Positions 25,761-39,000 of a stretch of DNA of 64,000 nt are shown here, one piece after another. The notes below the pieces were generated by a model. The model was not told where the DNA came from, did no database searches, and saw only the letters and a program-made list of their open reading frames with translations. The translations under genes and the position numbers were made by a program. Numbering within the stretch: position 1 is the first letter of the stretch; every line of letters starts with the position of its first letter. This DNA is from Stylophora pistillata (taxonomy: Eukaryota): the NCBI RefSeq assembly GCF_002571385.2, contig NW_019218293.1:84033-148032 (forward strand). The letters are read 5' to 3'.

Positions 25761-26460
25761 TGGTGGCCGAGAACTGCCATTAAAAATATTCAAATTTATA
25801 GGAATTATTGTTATTTTTTTTTTTTTTAATTTCGATTTATTTCTCATTTTTCTTTTTAAAATAAAAGCAAGTGAAAGTAAAATGTAAAATAGAAATAAAA
25901 TGAAACCAAAGATAAATGAAATCAAATCAAAACTAAACACTGCTCGGCCGAGGGCTGTCACTAGTTTNNNNNNNNNNNNNNNNNNNNNNNNNNNNNNNNN
26001 NNNNNNNNNNNNNNNNNNNNNNNNNNNNNNNNNNNNNNNNNNNNNNNNNNNNNNNNNNNNNNNNNNNNNNNNNNNNNNNNNNNNNNNNNNNNNNNNNNNN
26101 NNNNNNNNNNNNNNNNNNNNNNNNNNNNNNNNNNNNNNNNNNNNNNNNNNNNNNNNNNNNNNNNNNNNNNNNNNNNNNNNNNNNNNNNNNNNNNNNNNNN
26201 NNNNNNNNNNNNNNNNNNNNNNNNNNNNNNNNNNNNNNNNNNNNNNNNNNNNAAACTAGTGACAGCCCTCGGCCGAGCAGTGTTTAGTTTTGATTTGATT
26301 TCATTTATCTTTGGTTTCATTTTATTTCTATTTTACATTTTACTTTCACTTGCTTTTATTGTAAAGAGAAAAATGAGAAATAAATCGAAATTTCAAAAAA
26401 ATAATAACAAAAATAATTCCTATAAATTTGAATATTTTTAATGGCAGTTCTCGGACACCA
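25761..26460. mobile_element. Foldback/MITE-like element with ~207-bp terminal inverted repeats flanking an N-gap
   Basis: 25761-25967 is the reverse complement of 26253-26460 with a few mismatches. Both ends are flanked by TA. The interior is N (25968-26252). Confidence 0.7.
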
Positions 26461-26630
26461 TACAGAAGTCTAGTCAACAAGTGAAAGTTACGAAAAAAAA
26501 AAAAAAAACTAAAGGAATGTTTTGTATTCTTGTATTTCGTGACGTAACATCAGCTACCTTTCAGCGGTTACTCTCGCCAAGTAATGCGCAGAGAATTGCG
26601 CAGAGGCTGTCTGAGGTCGAAAGATTCAAG

Positions 26631-29600
26631 ATGGACGCTTTGGAGCAGGTATTTCGCAGAAAACATCAGTCGTCCTCAGTGACATTGTGTGATTCACATT
26701 TATCTTTATTAACCCTCACATTTTCTTTTACTTGTAGAATGATTACGACGTTTTCAGGCGAGATCGTTACAGGGTTGCGGTCTCAAAAGAATTTGAGGTA
26801 AAGTCTCCCGAGCGTTGCGGGGCAAATTTCGTTTGGACTTGTTGTTTCGCGGCATCTAGAATCCTTCGTGCCACAGATTTCGTACAACTCTTAAACAGAG
26901 TTATTGTTCTAATTTTAAACTAGGCCACTTGCTTGTACCTATGTATGTTGTGATGAGGAACTGTAAAATCGTAAAACACGAACGGAAGAAAGAAAATTGA
27001 CCGGGGGATTTGGGAGTATCATGCGCTGCAGTGTGTGTTACGTTTGCTTTGTTTTAAACAATGTTTAAATGGCCCTCTTCGTAGTCATTAGAGATTTAAA
27101 TCAATTCTTGTGCTATCAGTCTGAACTAAGCCTGAGTGGAGCTGCTGACAGGAGCTCAGTTATATTTTAAAAGTAACCACAACTCAGAGCCATGTTTTCA
27201 AAAAGAGTGTTTTTTTCCCATTTATTACATCCATTTTGAAATCACTGGTGGTCCCTGTAATCTGATTGGCTCTAATTGGTGCGATTTATTCCCAAATCGT
27301 GCCATTTTTTGCTCTAAATCGCATCATTCTACGCTTGACTGAGTTTTTGACACATGACGTCAAAGTCTTTCTGTTTTGCATACAAAATAAGCTGTAAAAG
27401 CGTTTTGCGGTTCCGCTTTTTATTTAAAATTAAAACCAGCTCAGTACTGCATCAGTAAAATATTTGAATTGACCAAGTCCTGTATTTGGGCGATTTCAAA
27501 ATGGATCTAATAAAGTGGTAATTGAACCTTGTGTTGTGCAATTTTGGTCTGAAATCATACTTGTGATTTCAAATCACGCATATGATTTCAGCGCAAATTG
27601 CACTCCACTCAGTTCAATTACCATTATTAAGGAATTAATTAATAAAATCTTCCTTTTGTCACTATATTGCTATTTTCATGTCTCTAACTATGCAAACTGT
27701 TAACTAGTTATGATATTAGTAAAACTAGAAAGTTTTGTGTAATTCTTAGTAAAGAATAGGGATTTAGAAGGGGAAGGTAGTTGTCAAAAGCCTTGCAGGG
27801 CTCAATTTGGGATTAGAACACAAACTGCAAGTTACAGTTTTTAAATTATCAGGTTAGTGCAAAATTTTTTGGGCTCAGCAAGACCAGTGCCATCTGGCTA
27901 CTTACCCCAGGGTGCTGGAGAGCAATGAGAATGCTTGTCACTTGACTTGTGGTTGCTCAAACCCTAACTTAAACTGTAACCCTAACATCAAAATACTGGA
28001 AAAAGGTCAATGGATTTCTGCAACCCCAACCCTAACCATTGGGTTAAGTCGAGACTCGCCATAGCTGTCTCCTGAGGGTGTCAAATACCTTAGTCAGGTG
28101 ATTTTAATTTTTTTCATTATTTAATTAAGTCCTTGCTAACCCTATGACCCCCAAGAGTGACTAACATTTAATTTCTCTTTACATTATCGACCCTGAATCA
28201 AACACATAAAGTAATGAGAATAAAGGAAATGATCACCAACTAAAGAGGCTTTTGACTGTAAATCAAATTCTCCTTGTCAGCATTGTCAGAAATGTATAGA
28301 GAGCAGTATGGAGAATATGCATATTGTTGTCAGTGCGGTGAAAGATTAAAACTCTTGGAGCTTTGTAATTTAGTTCATGTGGCTGAAAGTTGCAATGTAA
28401 GGGAAACACAGAACATCTCTTCTTACTTGGATGTCTTTTTTTTCCTTTAGCACAACAGAAGAATTGTTAAAAGTATAGATGATGATGATGATGAAGCTGA
28501 GGACTTTGATGATTTGGAAACATTGCGGCTTGCTGCCTTAAAGAGCTTGGGCACAAAGGCAAGAAAAAAAACTGCTTATCATGTGTCACCTCATTAGCAT
28601 GCCTTTTGTTGATCTGTTTTACTTGTCACATCAAGAAGAAACTCGCCCCTCTATTGCTTTCCATGTAAATACTTCTTTTTGAGCGAGTTAAGTTATGGAC
28701 TGAGCAGAAAAAAACATGTGGTTCTGTAACTTACGATAAGTAGGGCCTGAAGCCCAGTAGAAATTCAGTTTTGGCTAGTGGTTTTCAATTTCCACTTGCC
28801 AGTTTGGCTAGTAAACAAACTGAAATTGTCTTAACATCTAAGATGTCACTAGCCACTTGGCTCGTAAGTTGAAAAGTTAGTGTCAAGCCCTGGATACGTA
28901 CTGAAAAACAAGGTTAATAAGATCTTAAAGTATATATCTGGGTTCAAATAAAGGGGTAAACTTTTGAATTTAGTAGCTCATACAGCAAAATACAGCCTGC
29001 TAAATTGACCATTCATAGCATGCATACTAACTGAGAGAGAGAATGAAACAAATTATTTGTCGGTTATCATTTATATCCTGGTAGAGTCATTCTGCAAGGT
29101 AACAGCACTGTCATATCAATCTGTAGAGATACATCAGTGTCACTTGTCTTACTAACTGCATACTATGAAGCACATACATGTGTAGTAAACATTCAATTTG
29201 ATATTACATCCCAGTTGTTGTAGCAACCAATGCTCTGAACTGCCACTAAAAAATAAATGTTGTATTTGCAGAATTCTTATGGGAAACGGCAATCAGCTTC
29301 GGCAGATGTGGGAGATAGACGGCGTGTAAGTCTAGGACGAGAAGAAAAATGTGATTTGCAGATAGTTGCCCTTGAAAGACAGGACAGCTTCTCCTCATCA
29401 AGTACAGATTATGAAGAAATTGACCTTAGCGAGAAGTCATACCATGAGTCAGTTGGTAATGAGAGTGACTTGGATGTTGATAATTCAGGTAGTGATGATG
29501 ATTTTCAAAGCAATTCCCCCAAAAGTGATCAGGAAATGGATATTGAAGAGGATTCAGATGATGGTCTAAGTGAAGATGATAATGCTAAAAGTGATCTTGT

Positions 29601-32477
29601 TTTAACTGAAGAGTTTGCAGTTGAAAATGACACTTTTGTGGATCAGAAAGATGTTGATGACAATGATATTCTCACTGATGAAGATGATGAGTTTGATAAT
29701 GTCTCAAATGATGGTGAAGATGTGGAAGAATTTAACAGAGACTCGGAGGATAATTTGGAAAATAATTCAGAACAGTCGGAAGATGAATTGGCAAACTCTG
29801 ACAATGAAATCAGCATCTCAAATGACATTAGTATTACCATTGCCAATGAATCACTTGTGCTGAGCTCTGATGTCAATCTGGAAATTGTGGATGGTGAGGA
29901 CGATACTAACAGCAAGTTGAACCAAGTTGATGGAAGTGCTGGAGAAAGTGTAAACGAGAGTAGTTTGTCATCTTCACAACGCATCATTGTTAGTTGGTCA
30001 GACAGTGAGAATGAGAAGGACAACCACGTTGTGAATAAAACAAAAGTGCTGGAAAAAAATCACTCAAACGGAAGTCAAATAAAAAAGGATGAAGTTAGCA
30101 AAAGGGAAAATCCTGTGGTGGCATCTGTTACGGTGAGTACCCCTTCTGAAAACAAAAAAACTGAGGTATCACCTGCAAATCAAATAAAAATGAAAGATGT
30201 GATATCAAAAAGTGAAAAAAATACAATTTTAACTGTCAAGAGTCTACAAGAAGGAAAGAAAAGCAATTCCAAACCTTTTACTGGAGAGAAATCAGGAATT
30301 GCAACCTCATCAAACTTTCAAAACAAGAAAGATTTACCATCAAAGGAACAGTCGCAGGGGAAGGACAAAGAGAACCTAAACAACAAACAAGTGATACAAA
30401 AGTGCAGCGAAATTGTGTCAGTCAAAGCTGTTGGTCTGGAAAACAAAGCTAAAGCTTGTAGTGAGAAAGCTATCAGTCTTGAAAACAAGGCCAAACCTTA
30501 TAGTGAGAAAGCAATCAGTCATGAAAACAATGCAAAAGCTTGTAGTAGGAAAGCTATCAGTCTTGAAAACAAGGCCAAAGCTTGTAATGAGAAAGCTACC
30601 AGTCATGAAAGCAAGGCAAAGGCATATATTGATAATGAAACCAAGTCACTTGACATAGAGTTGAAATCAGAGGCTAAAAATGAGGAGAAAATGGACTTTG
30701 ATCAGCTTAGCATTGAGGATGAAGACAGTGATTTTGAAGAAGAGGAGGAGAGTCCTTCTGCAGTTAAATCTAAAGTAGGATTGAACAAAATACCCAAGAG
30801 TGAGTGTCGTAGGAAAAGGAGGAGTGACTCCAAAGAAAGTGACAGAAAAAAACGTTCCCATTCACCAGAAAGATCTCGTACTTCATCGTGTTCATACTAC
30901 AGTCACTCGCATTCTCATGACAGACTGCGAGATCAGCGCTTACCAAACAGATCGAGGGAGAGACCTAATCATAGAAGGTTACGTTCACCGTCAGCAGATA
31001 GAAAACATAGAAGGCAAAATTATAGCCATCGCCAGAGAAGTCGTAGCAGAGACAGAAAACATGAAAGAATTTCTAGAGACAGCAAAAATAATAGGCATTA
31101 CCGTTCTCGCTCCAGGTCAGACTCGCAAGCAAGGAGCAGAAGAACAATGAGACCAGTTGAGTCAAATGTAGAAAAATCAGACAAAAGAGACAGTGTGAAA
31201 AGTGAGGTTAAAAAACATCAGGACAGGAGAGATAAAAGTAAAGGGAAAGTTAGTGCAACACACTCATCAATGTCACCAAGAAAAGAGATGAGAAATCAGG
31301 ATAAAGGTGACAAGGAAAAAATTGTCAAAGTAAGAGGAGCTACTTCAACAGTTAAACAAAGTGCCAGTGGAAGCAAAAGTATTTCAAAGTCTACAATTCA
31401 AAGGGATGTGGATGGTGTAATAATTGTAAAACCCAAAGGTAAGTAGGCTGCCTGAGCAAGTAGGTACTCTTTGGTGTTAAGACACGCCTAAGGAAGGTCT
31501 CTGCAACTGAGCATTCCAAGAACCTTATATCCTGAAATGAGCACCTGCACTCTATTAAGTCTCCTCCTCTTAAAAGTACCCTCCCCTTAAAAATGCCCTC
31601 CCCTTAAAAGTGCCCTCCCCTTAAAAGTGCCCACTCGTAAGGCTTCAGTGTCAAACAAACAAACACAACCTCTTGAATAACCACCCTCTTCCCTGCCTTC
31701 CTTCTCCTTAAATACTAGGTAAACAAGGATAACCTGTGTCTGTTGCCACTTGATTTATCCCTTTTTCAGCCTTAACTACAATGGAATCAGTACAAGGCGA
31801 CCGCAACTTTTCTGTTAAAGTCACCTCTAGTTGGTGTAATCTCCATGTGCTCACAGAGTTCCTTTTTGTGCATTATCTGTCCTCTTAATTTTTTCCTATC
31901 ATTGGTCTTACTTTGGAAGCACCCCCCTCTTTTAAGCACCCTTTTTTCCAATAAGTGCCCTTCTTTTTAGCCTGAAATTTTACACAAGTGTTTGTGAACT
32001 TATTCCAGGGAATAAAATGTGTCAAAAATTCTTAGTTGTTTGGACCCGTTGCATGGTACTTGTCAATGTAAATTGTAACAGAGGTATTTCAAAATTTTTT
32101 TAAGGGACATTTGATGCATTGTCAAATTCTCCTTGTGTTCCACAAGGAAATGTAGGAAAGCATGGAAGGAGAATCCACAAATTTCTTAATCATCATCATC
32201 ATCCATACAAAATGTTCCCTGTGTTCGTTTCTGGGTCAACAATTTTTTGTTTGTTCTTACAGACCTGAGGTCTCGACTTTCAGAAAAGAAAGTAGCTGAG
32301 AAGAAAGCCACCCAGGTTGAGGAGCTTAACCAAAAGGAATCCCCAAAAAGGGAGACAAAAAAATTTGCAAGGGAAAGAGAACTGGATGCCCGTATTCAAC
32401 AGATTAAACAGAGAAATGAAGTAATTCTGAAGAGAGCTAAAGAAGTCCAAGCAGAGAAAAAGAAATTTAGTTCATGA
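26631..32477 (+). CDS. Acidic and RS-rich, probably nuclear RNA-processing protein with a C-terminal CCDC9-like coiled coil
   Basis: Exons 26631-26648, 26738-26797, 28451-28558, 29272-31438 and 32263-32477 are phase-consistent. Contains LETLRLAALKSL, a D/E-rich region, an RS/RH-rich region, DLRSRL, and ELDARIQQIKQRNEVILKRAKEVQAEK. Confidence 0.8.
27215..27570. mobile_element. Non-autonomous repeat/MITE-like element in an intron
   Basis: Inverted match catccattttgaaatc / gatttcaaaatggat, followed by a second palindromic unit gtaattgaac...gttcaattac. Confidence 0.5.
30424..30633 (+). repeat. Coding tandem repeat, 5 x 42 nt (14 aa)
   Basis: KAVGLENKAKACSE / KAISLENKAKPYSE / KAISHENNAKACSR / KAISLENKAKACNE / KATSHESKAKAYID. 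Confidence 0.85.
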
Positions 32478-32917
32478 CAATGAAAAATTTCTTTTATGTT
32501 TTTGGACAATTATTGTTTTCTCCATTCCCAAGTCAAATTTTGATTGGGTAGTAAAATTGCCTTTCTTAGCAAAAGAAACAGTTTTAATGCTCTGAAATTG
32601 TTATTTCCCAAGAACTTACAGCAATTATGATTATTTTTGTTAGCAGAACCTAGGTTTACTGATTAGTGGCTGATAAATGCTTATTTAGATTTCCCAGCAT
32701 TTTTTACAAAATAGTGTAGAGGTTTTTCATGTAGCTGTAGGTTTTGGCTGTACATTTTGTAGGTGTTCATGGGCAAAAATATTGCAACTCAACTTTTATA
32801 AAATAATATTTTGTCCTTCTAATGAGGCTAACACTTGTTTCTGTCAAAATGACAAGAGTTTCTTTTTACTCACCCTCATAAAGCATGACTGAATATGTAT
32901 TGACAGTGAGTATGTAA

Positions 32918-33232
32918 ATATATCCTATTAACCAAGCACAAGGGCCATACTGGGAGAATATCGGCCCACGGTCTTGACAGTACGGACGCAGCGCAGCGAG
33001 GTCCATACAAAAAAGAGCGAGGGCCGATATTCTTCCAGTACAGTCCCGAGCAAGCTTGGTTAATAAGAGATTTATTATACGACTGAAGTTCAAAGGGACA
33101 CAATTGCGGTATCATTCGGGACCATCCTGCACAGTGGCCAGTCCAATACTGAGAGAATATTGACCGGCAATAGAGCATTTTGATTGGTCTATTTTAGTTA
33201 TTGGCCCTCTGACTGCCTGAGTCATGTAATAA
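32918..33232. mobile_element. Dispersed ~310-bp non-autonomous repeat
   Basis: Near-identical to 37810-38122 (tatatc.tattaaccaagc...gtaataa). It has an internal inverted repeat tattaaccaagc/gcttggttaata. A related element lies at 47608-47930. Confidence 0.75.
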
Positions 33233-36011
33233 AAATGATTACCGCCTTTCACTTCCAAGATCACATTGGTAATTCTTCTTACTGTCAGCCATACAATTCT
33301 TATGATGTTAGTGCAGAGGATGTGGTGTTTGATCAACCAATTATCCCCTAATTGGTAGTTTTCTTTATTCTTATCACCTGTCTGCTTGATATTGTAAGCA
33401 GGGTTCATACGAGCCCTGAAAAACCTGGAAAGTCCTGGAATTTTATTTTGATATGTTCCAGTAATGGAAAGTCGTGGAAAAAGACTACAGGTCCTGGAGA
33501 TTTCCAGAAATCTGCCTAACTCAAGTAATCAAGTTTTAAGAATTTACAATATAAGAAATGTGTGTAGTTGGTGAGGAGATTGAGTTTTAAATCTAGGGAA
33601 TAAAAGGGTTTAAGTGAAATTTGGAGTCTTGGAAAAAATCAATCCGAGTCCTGGAGACTTCTTTGAAATTAGTTTCTGAAAAAGGGTACAAATACTGTAC
33701 ACAGCAATAGTCTGTCTTGGTCACCCATGGGAATTCAAGGGTCAAAGTGCACTATGCTGAAATTCAGCTTACCCAATTCATAGATAGGGAAATTGTATTT
33801 TCATTTGTTACTGGAAGGAAACATCAGCATTTATACAGGCATCTTTTTTTGCCCCACATTTGAACCGACACTTTTGTGGCTACTTAAACCCCTGTATGCT
33901 GTGTTCAATGACATACTTGTCACTAAATTGCATAATTTGCTTAGAGGTTTGGTTAGATTTGCCTGTGTTGGTTATAGCCTGCCCTCTGGGGGTTCTGGCA
34001 CTTTTAATCTCTGACCTCTTGCCAGGTCGCTTTACGTAAGGTTTGGGACTCTTGCAAGCTAAGAAACAATCGACTCACTGCACTGACAAAGCCTGCTTGA
34101 GAGCTATGTCGATGGGCTGAACTTTCCTTGCATAGCCATTCCTATGTTACATGAGAACATGTACTTGCCACGTTTAAATGTTTCTCCCTGTTTGACTACT
34201 TTTAAGATGTACAAGTTTACCGTCCAATGGTAGAGTTTTATGGTCATGTCAAATCTTTCATAGTGTGTAATATGAATATTTTATGTTGTGGATAAAATGG
34301 AGCATACATGTAACTTCACAACTCGTTTGGTTGGATGTGAAAAAAAAATAACAGAACAAACTTGGGAGCAAAATAGAAACAAATTGCATGCACTGTGTAG
34401 TTTAGTTGTAGTTACTATATTTTGGTTCAATAAATATGTATTTTCAGAGGTATTTTTTTTCAAGTTGATGTTGTTTAGAACCACAACTTTTTCCTTAAAC
34501 ATCACATGAATGTTGCTTGTATTTAGAAACAGTTGGTGTAACATTTAGCTTCAACATGCTGATGTAATTCACTCTGGTTAGAGCTCACACGCAAAAGGGT
34601 AGAAAGTAACCCCAGCTTTCAATGGTCTGAGTTATGGAATGCTCTTTTGTAAACTGTTTCTTCTACAAAACATTGTCATAGGAAACAATTTGTTAGCCTT
34701 TTATCTACTGAATGGTCCAGTTCAGTTTGTCTGTATGGCTAAGGTAATGCAGAGGCTAGTCATTCTGTTTGGCAAACATCTTCAGTTTTGAGCTTAAAAG
34801 CTTACCAGTACCTGCCAAAACAAAAACTAAAATTTTTGGAAGCTATAATTTATGAGCTTTACAGTGATTTAGAGGTTTTCAAGGTTTCTTTTAAAGTACC
34901 GTGCATAGGACAATTTTTCCAGCAGGCACCCATTTTTAAACCTTCACATCCTAACAAAAGTATTAACATTTTCCATACTGTCATCTCTACATTTCCTAAG
35001 GCACTGACAAGGAGAATTGATTGAACAATCAGGAGGTTCTATCGTTGGTGATCATTTCTTTCATCTGCCTGACTGTGGATGATATTGTAAGAAAATAGAT
35101 ACTGGTCACCTTTAGTGGTACAAGGGTCAACAGTAACCTTACACCGGCCCTGATTCCCAACCTGTGTGTCCTTTTAGGCCTGAAATGACAGATGATGGAG
35201 GAAGCTATTGGCCAGAAGACTATACCATATTAAGACATTTAGGCAGTCATGCTGAAGGTCATTGTTTTGTGATCTTATGCCACATACTGAATTGTAGTTA
35301 CAAACACACTGCAAAATCTGCAACATTTTTTAATAAAACTGTTCGTTCGTATTTCTTTTTTTTCTTTTTTTTTTTTGCTACAAAAGAATGTTCCTAACTG
35401 TATTCAGTATAGCCCAGTAGCTGAATGCATGCAAAGTTACAATTATTCTTCATTGGAGCTCTGGGACTGAATGAGAATCTGACAAACATATAAAAAAACT
35501 CGTAATTAGGCCATAATAAAGTACAACAATACCTGGGAAACCCCCGAGTTCTGTCACGATTGACTCCAATTCTGAAAAAACAAGAACTTTTACAACTGTT
35601 GGGTACAGAAATCCATTGATAGTAATTTCCTGGTAAAAACCAAGAGGGTCACCTCTCTAATTCTTTACTACATAGTTCCTTGATTAAGGTTAGTTTAGAG
35701 AATTCAATGTTTTGTCACTTTTACACAAAAATAATCTCAAGCCTCCTGAGTACCTACCAAAGCATGGTCCACATTATTATGAGTATCANNNNNNNNNNNN
35801 NNNNNNNNNGGAGGTGATAACATCTGGTCAGTCGCAACTCCTGGTTAGGGGCCAGAGAGGCCCAGACTAGGTATTACGTGACAATTTTCGTGCGTTTTCT
35901 CGCCTTACACTTTGGTGTGAATTGCGTGACCATTTTCGCGCGCGTTTTCCCGCTTCCCTTCGAAGCCAGGAGGGGGCTAGAACCTCTAATGCTCGAGAAC
36001 TATTTACAAAA

Positions 36012-39000
36012 TTATTTCTTCATGACTCGCGGTAGATTCTCCTGCCTTCTTTCAGAGTGCAATTTCGCTGTATCCGCCAAAAGTTTGGTTTTTCGCTCGT
36101 CGATCCAAGTGTAATCGCTCGATGGCTTTGCCGATTTTGGCGAAGTGCTTGCAAACGGACTGGACCCGTGAGACGAATCTACACCTTCAAGCTTTATATA
36201 GTTTAAATTGCCCTGATTCTGCTGTGACATGACATTAACGTACATTCGGTCCCTGTGCCCAATGTTTTGATAGGACGGATGCCCGCCCATCACGTTCGCG
36301 TACGAATGACCAGCGATGTTTTCAAAGCTGTGACTTCGCGAGGGATCGCTGTTCATGACATTTTGATAGCCTGGATGTGAAGGCATTAACGATTCCACAC
36401 TATGGTAAATCGAATCATCGTTCCCATCATATATAGCGTACGGGTTTAGTCTTGATTTACTGCTCGTACCAGTCTTTGCTACGCCGGTTTTTACGCGGGA
36501 TCTCCCGCCAGGGCTTGTTCGGGCACCTTTGACGTTAACATAATCGACGATTTTTGGTGAATTCACATAAAGGTGCTCTGCGCTGCCGGCTGTTGACGTT
36601 GGCTGAAGGGAAAGGCTTGGCGGGGTTTTCATACCACGACGCGTAGACACACTTCCAGACGTTCCATTCACATGTTTTTCGACCGCTTTTACACTTGCAC
36701 CGTTCAGCGTAATATCACCATTCACGTAATCAGGATTTTTATCAGCATTATCGCTTGTAACACGTACAGTTTTGATTCCCTCTGGAAGAAACACGTCGTC
36801 GATATTCGCCGTCTCTTCGCTTCCATTTTTAAGTTTTTCTTCGTCGGTCTCATTACTTGGAGTAACAATAATTTGACACTGCGCTAATCCTTTCGACGCC
36901 CGTTGATTTTCAATTTCGGATTTTTTTCTCACTTCTTCTTCTCCCTCCTCTTCTTTTATTACACTATTTGCCACTTTATCGCTTTGCCGTTTCTCTGAAG
37001 CGGAGGACTTCGTTCTCCCACCGTCTGACCCGCGGGAGGTTCTCTCGACGGAATCTCCGCGTTTTTCTTTTGCATATGAGTTTGTCCTTATTTTTTCAAG
37101 TAGTTCTTCATCTCTTCCATCTACCTCAACATATCCTTCCACCTCGTCAACTTTACCGTTTTCTGGTCCACTCTGACGTTTCCCCTGTGATTTCTTTCGC
37201 GAGGTGGCAGATACCCCACTGCTCTTCCTACCTTTGAAGGCCTCGTCATCCGCCGGTTCCATTACCTGATATCCCTCGGGTGTCACCCCGGGTATATTCT
37301 GGTAGCCCGGGGGTGGGATTTTGGGGGAGACTACAGAGGTTTTTTCGTTATTCAAAAATACTTCATTAAAACTGTCAGTGTGATCTCGACCACCTCCTAT
37401 ATCTGAGGGTACCGACTCATTTCTCCGAACCAAAGGTTTTTCTGCCTCTATTGGAGATTTCTGCTCGGTACCTACAGCTTTGTTCTTCTTCCCCTGGCTT
37501 GAGGACGGCATGCTCATACTCCTTGGCCTGGGTGCTTTTCCTTTTTTGGGCGACCGTTTGCCACTCATTCGGAGCCAGGCGCGCCTAAGGAACCCTGGTC
37601 GGCTGCCGTCTTCCTCACTAGTGCCAGGCTGACCTGACTCTGAAAAGGCAAATCAACAAATAATTTCTTAACCATCAAATATCCTTCTTTAATTCTCTCG
37701 AATTTCAAAAAATATCCCAAACAACCTTGGTAAATATACAAATGAATAAAGGCTAATAGTTTAGAAAGAAACTGTTTGGGGCTGCGTCGGTGGGAATAAC
37801 GAAATAAATATATCTTATTAACCAAGCGCGAGGGCCGTACTGGGAGAATATCGGCCCAAGGTCTTGACAGTACGGACCGAGCGCAGCGAGGTCCGTACAA
37901 AAAAGACCGAGGGCCGATATTCTTCCAGCACGGTCCCGAGCAAGCTTGGTTAATGAGAGATTTATTATACGACTGAAGTTCAAAGGGACACAAGTGCGGT
38001 ATCATTCGGGACCATTCGGGACAGTGCCCGGTCCAATACTGAGAGAATATTGAACGGCAATAGAGCATTTTGATTGGTTGATTTTAGTTATTGGCCCTCT
38101 GACTGCCCGAGTCGTGTAATAATTTGGATATATCAACAAAGTTGAAATGGCAAATTGGTCACCGTAACGATTACAAAAGCTGACGTTTCGAGCGTTAGCC
38201 CTTCGTCGGAGCGAAAAAGCATGCGCTGCTCTTAGAAAAGTATGCGCTGCTCTTAGAAAAGAGCCTCGTCTTGAAATAGAGGTAACAAAAACAAAACGAT
38301 GCTTGACTTTTTCCTTTGGACAGAATCGGTCAAAATGGGTGTATAATTCAGCTTGTCATATTACCTGATAGACATTCTTGACCAGGAACCACCTCTCCCG
38401 CTCTGCACACACTGTCAAATAACGCGTGTATCTCTTTTCCAGCTCGAGTAGCAAAGAAGTAAGTCATAAGTTTATCCCCTGATTGAGACTCCTGGCTGGC
38501 CTGAAAGGCAAATCCAGCTTCTACAGCACCATATTTGGGTAGCGCTGTAAACTTCCAGTGACCGATTAGACGATAGCTGTCCTTCTTAGTGAGTGAGAAG
38601 AAAGTGGCGTAGAAACGCAGGTGAGCTTCTCCAGCTTTGATCTTCTGCTTGTGTGGCACGATACCTTCAAAGGATTTTTCTGAGAAAGACACAACACAAG
38701 TGGTACAATTAACTTCTAACTTCAGACAAAGGCATCTAAATATTGCTCAAACTGCTATCAGTATAAGAAACCAGTTCTAATAATTTGCATTTTTGTTAGA
38801 ACTTTTATTTCCACTAGTGACAAAAAACACCCACGTGTTTATGTCTGCAAGCCCGGTCAATAAGCCTAAAATTTTCCACAATTTTTTCCATGCAATGGGC
38901 CTGGACTGCAGTAACACCACAAAGAAAAGTATGTCATTTGTAGCCAAAAAAAATTCTCCTTTCCATTTCCGCCTCTCGGTTAGCGCAGTGGTTAGCGCTG

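Noticed and set aside
32866-33408. ORFs repeated at 37565-38068
   Set aside because: They derive from a dispersed non-coding repeat, not from genes.
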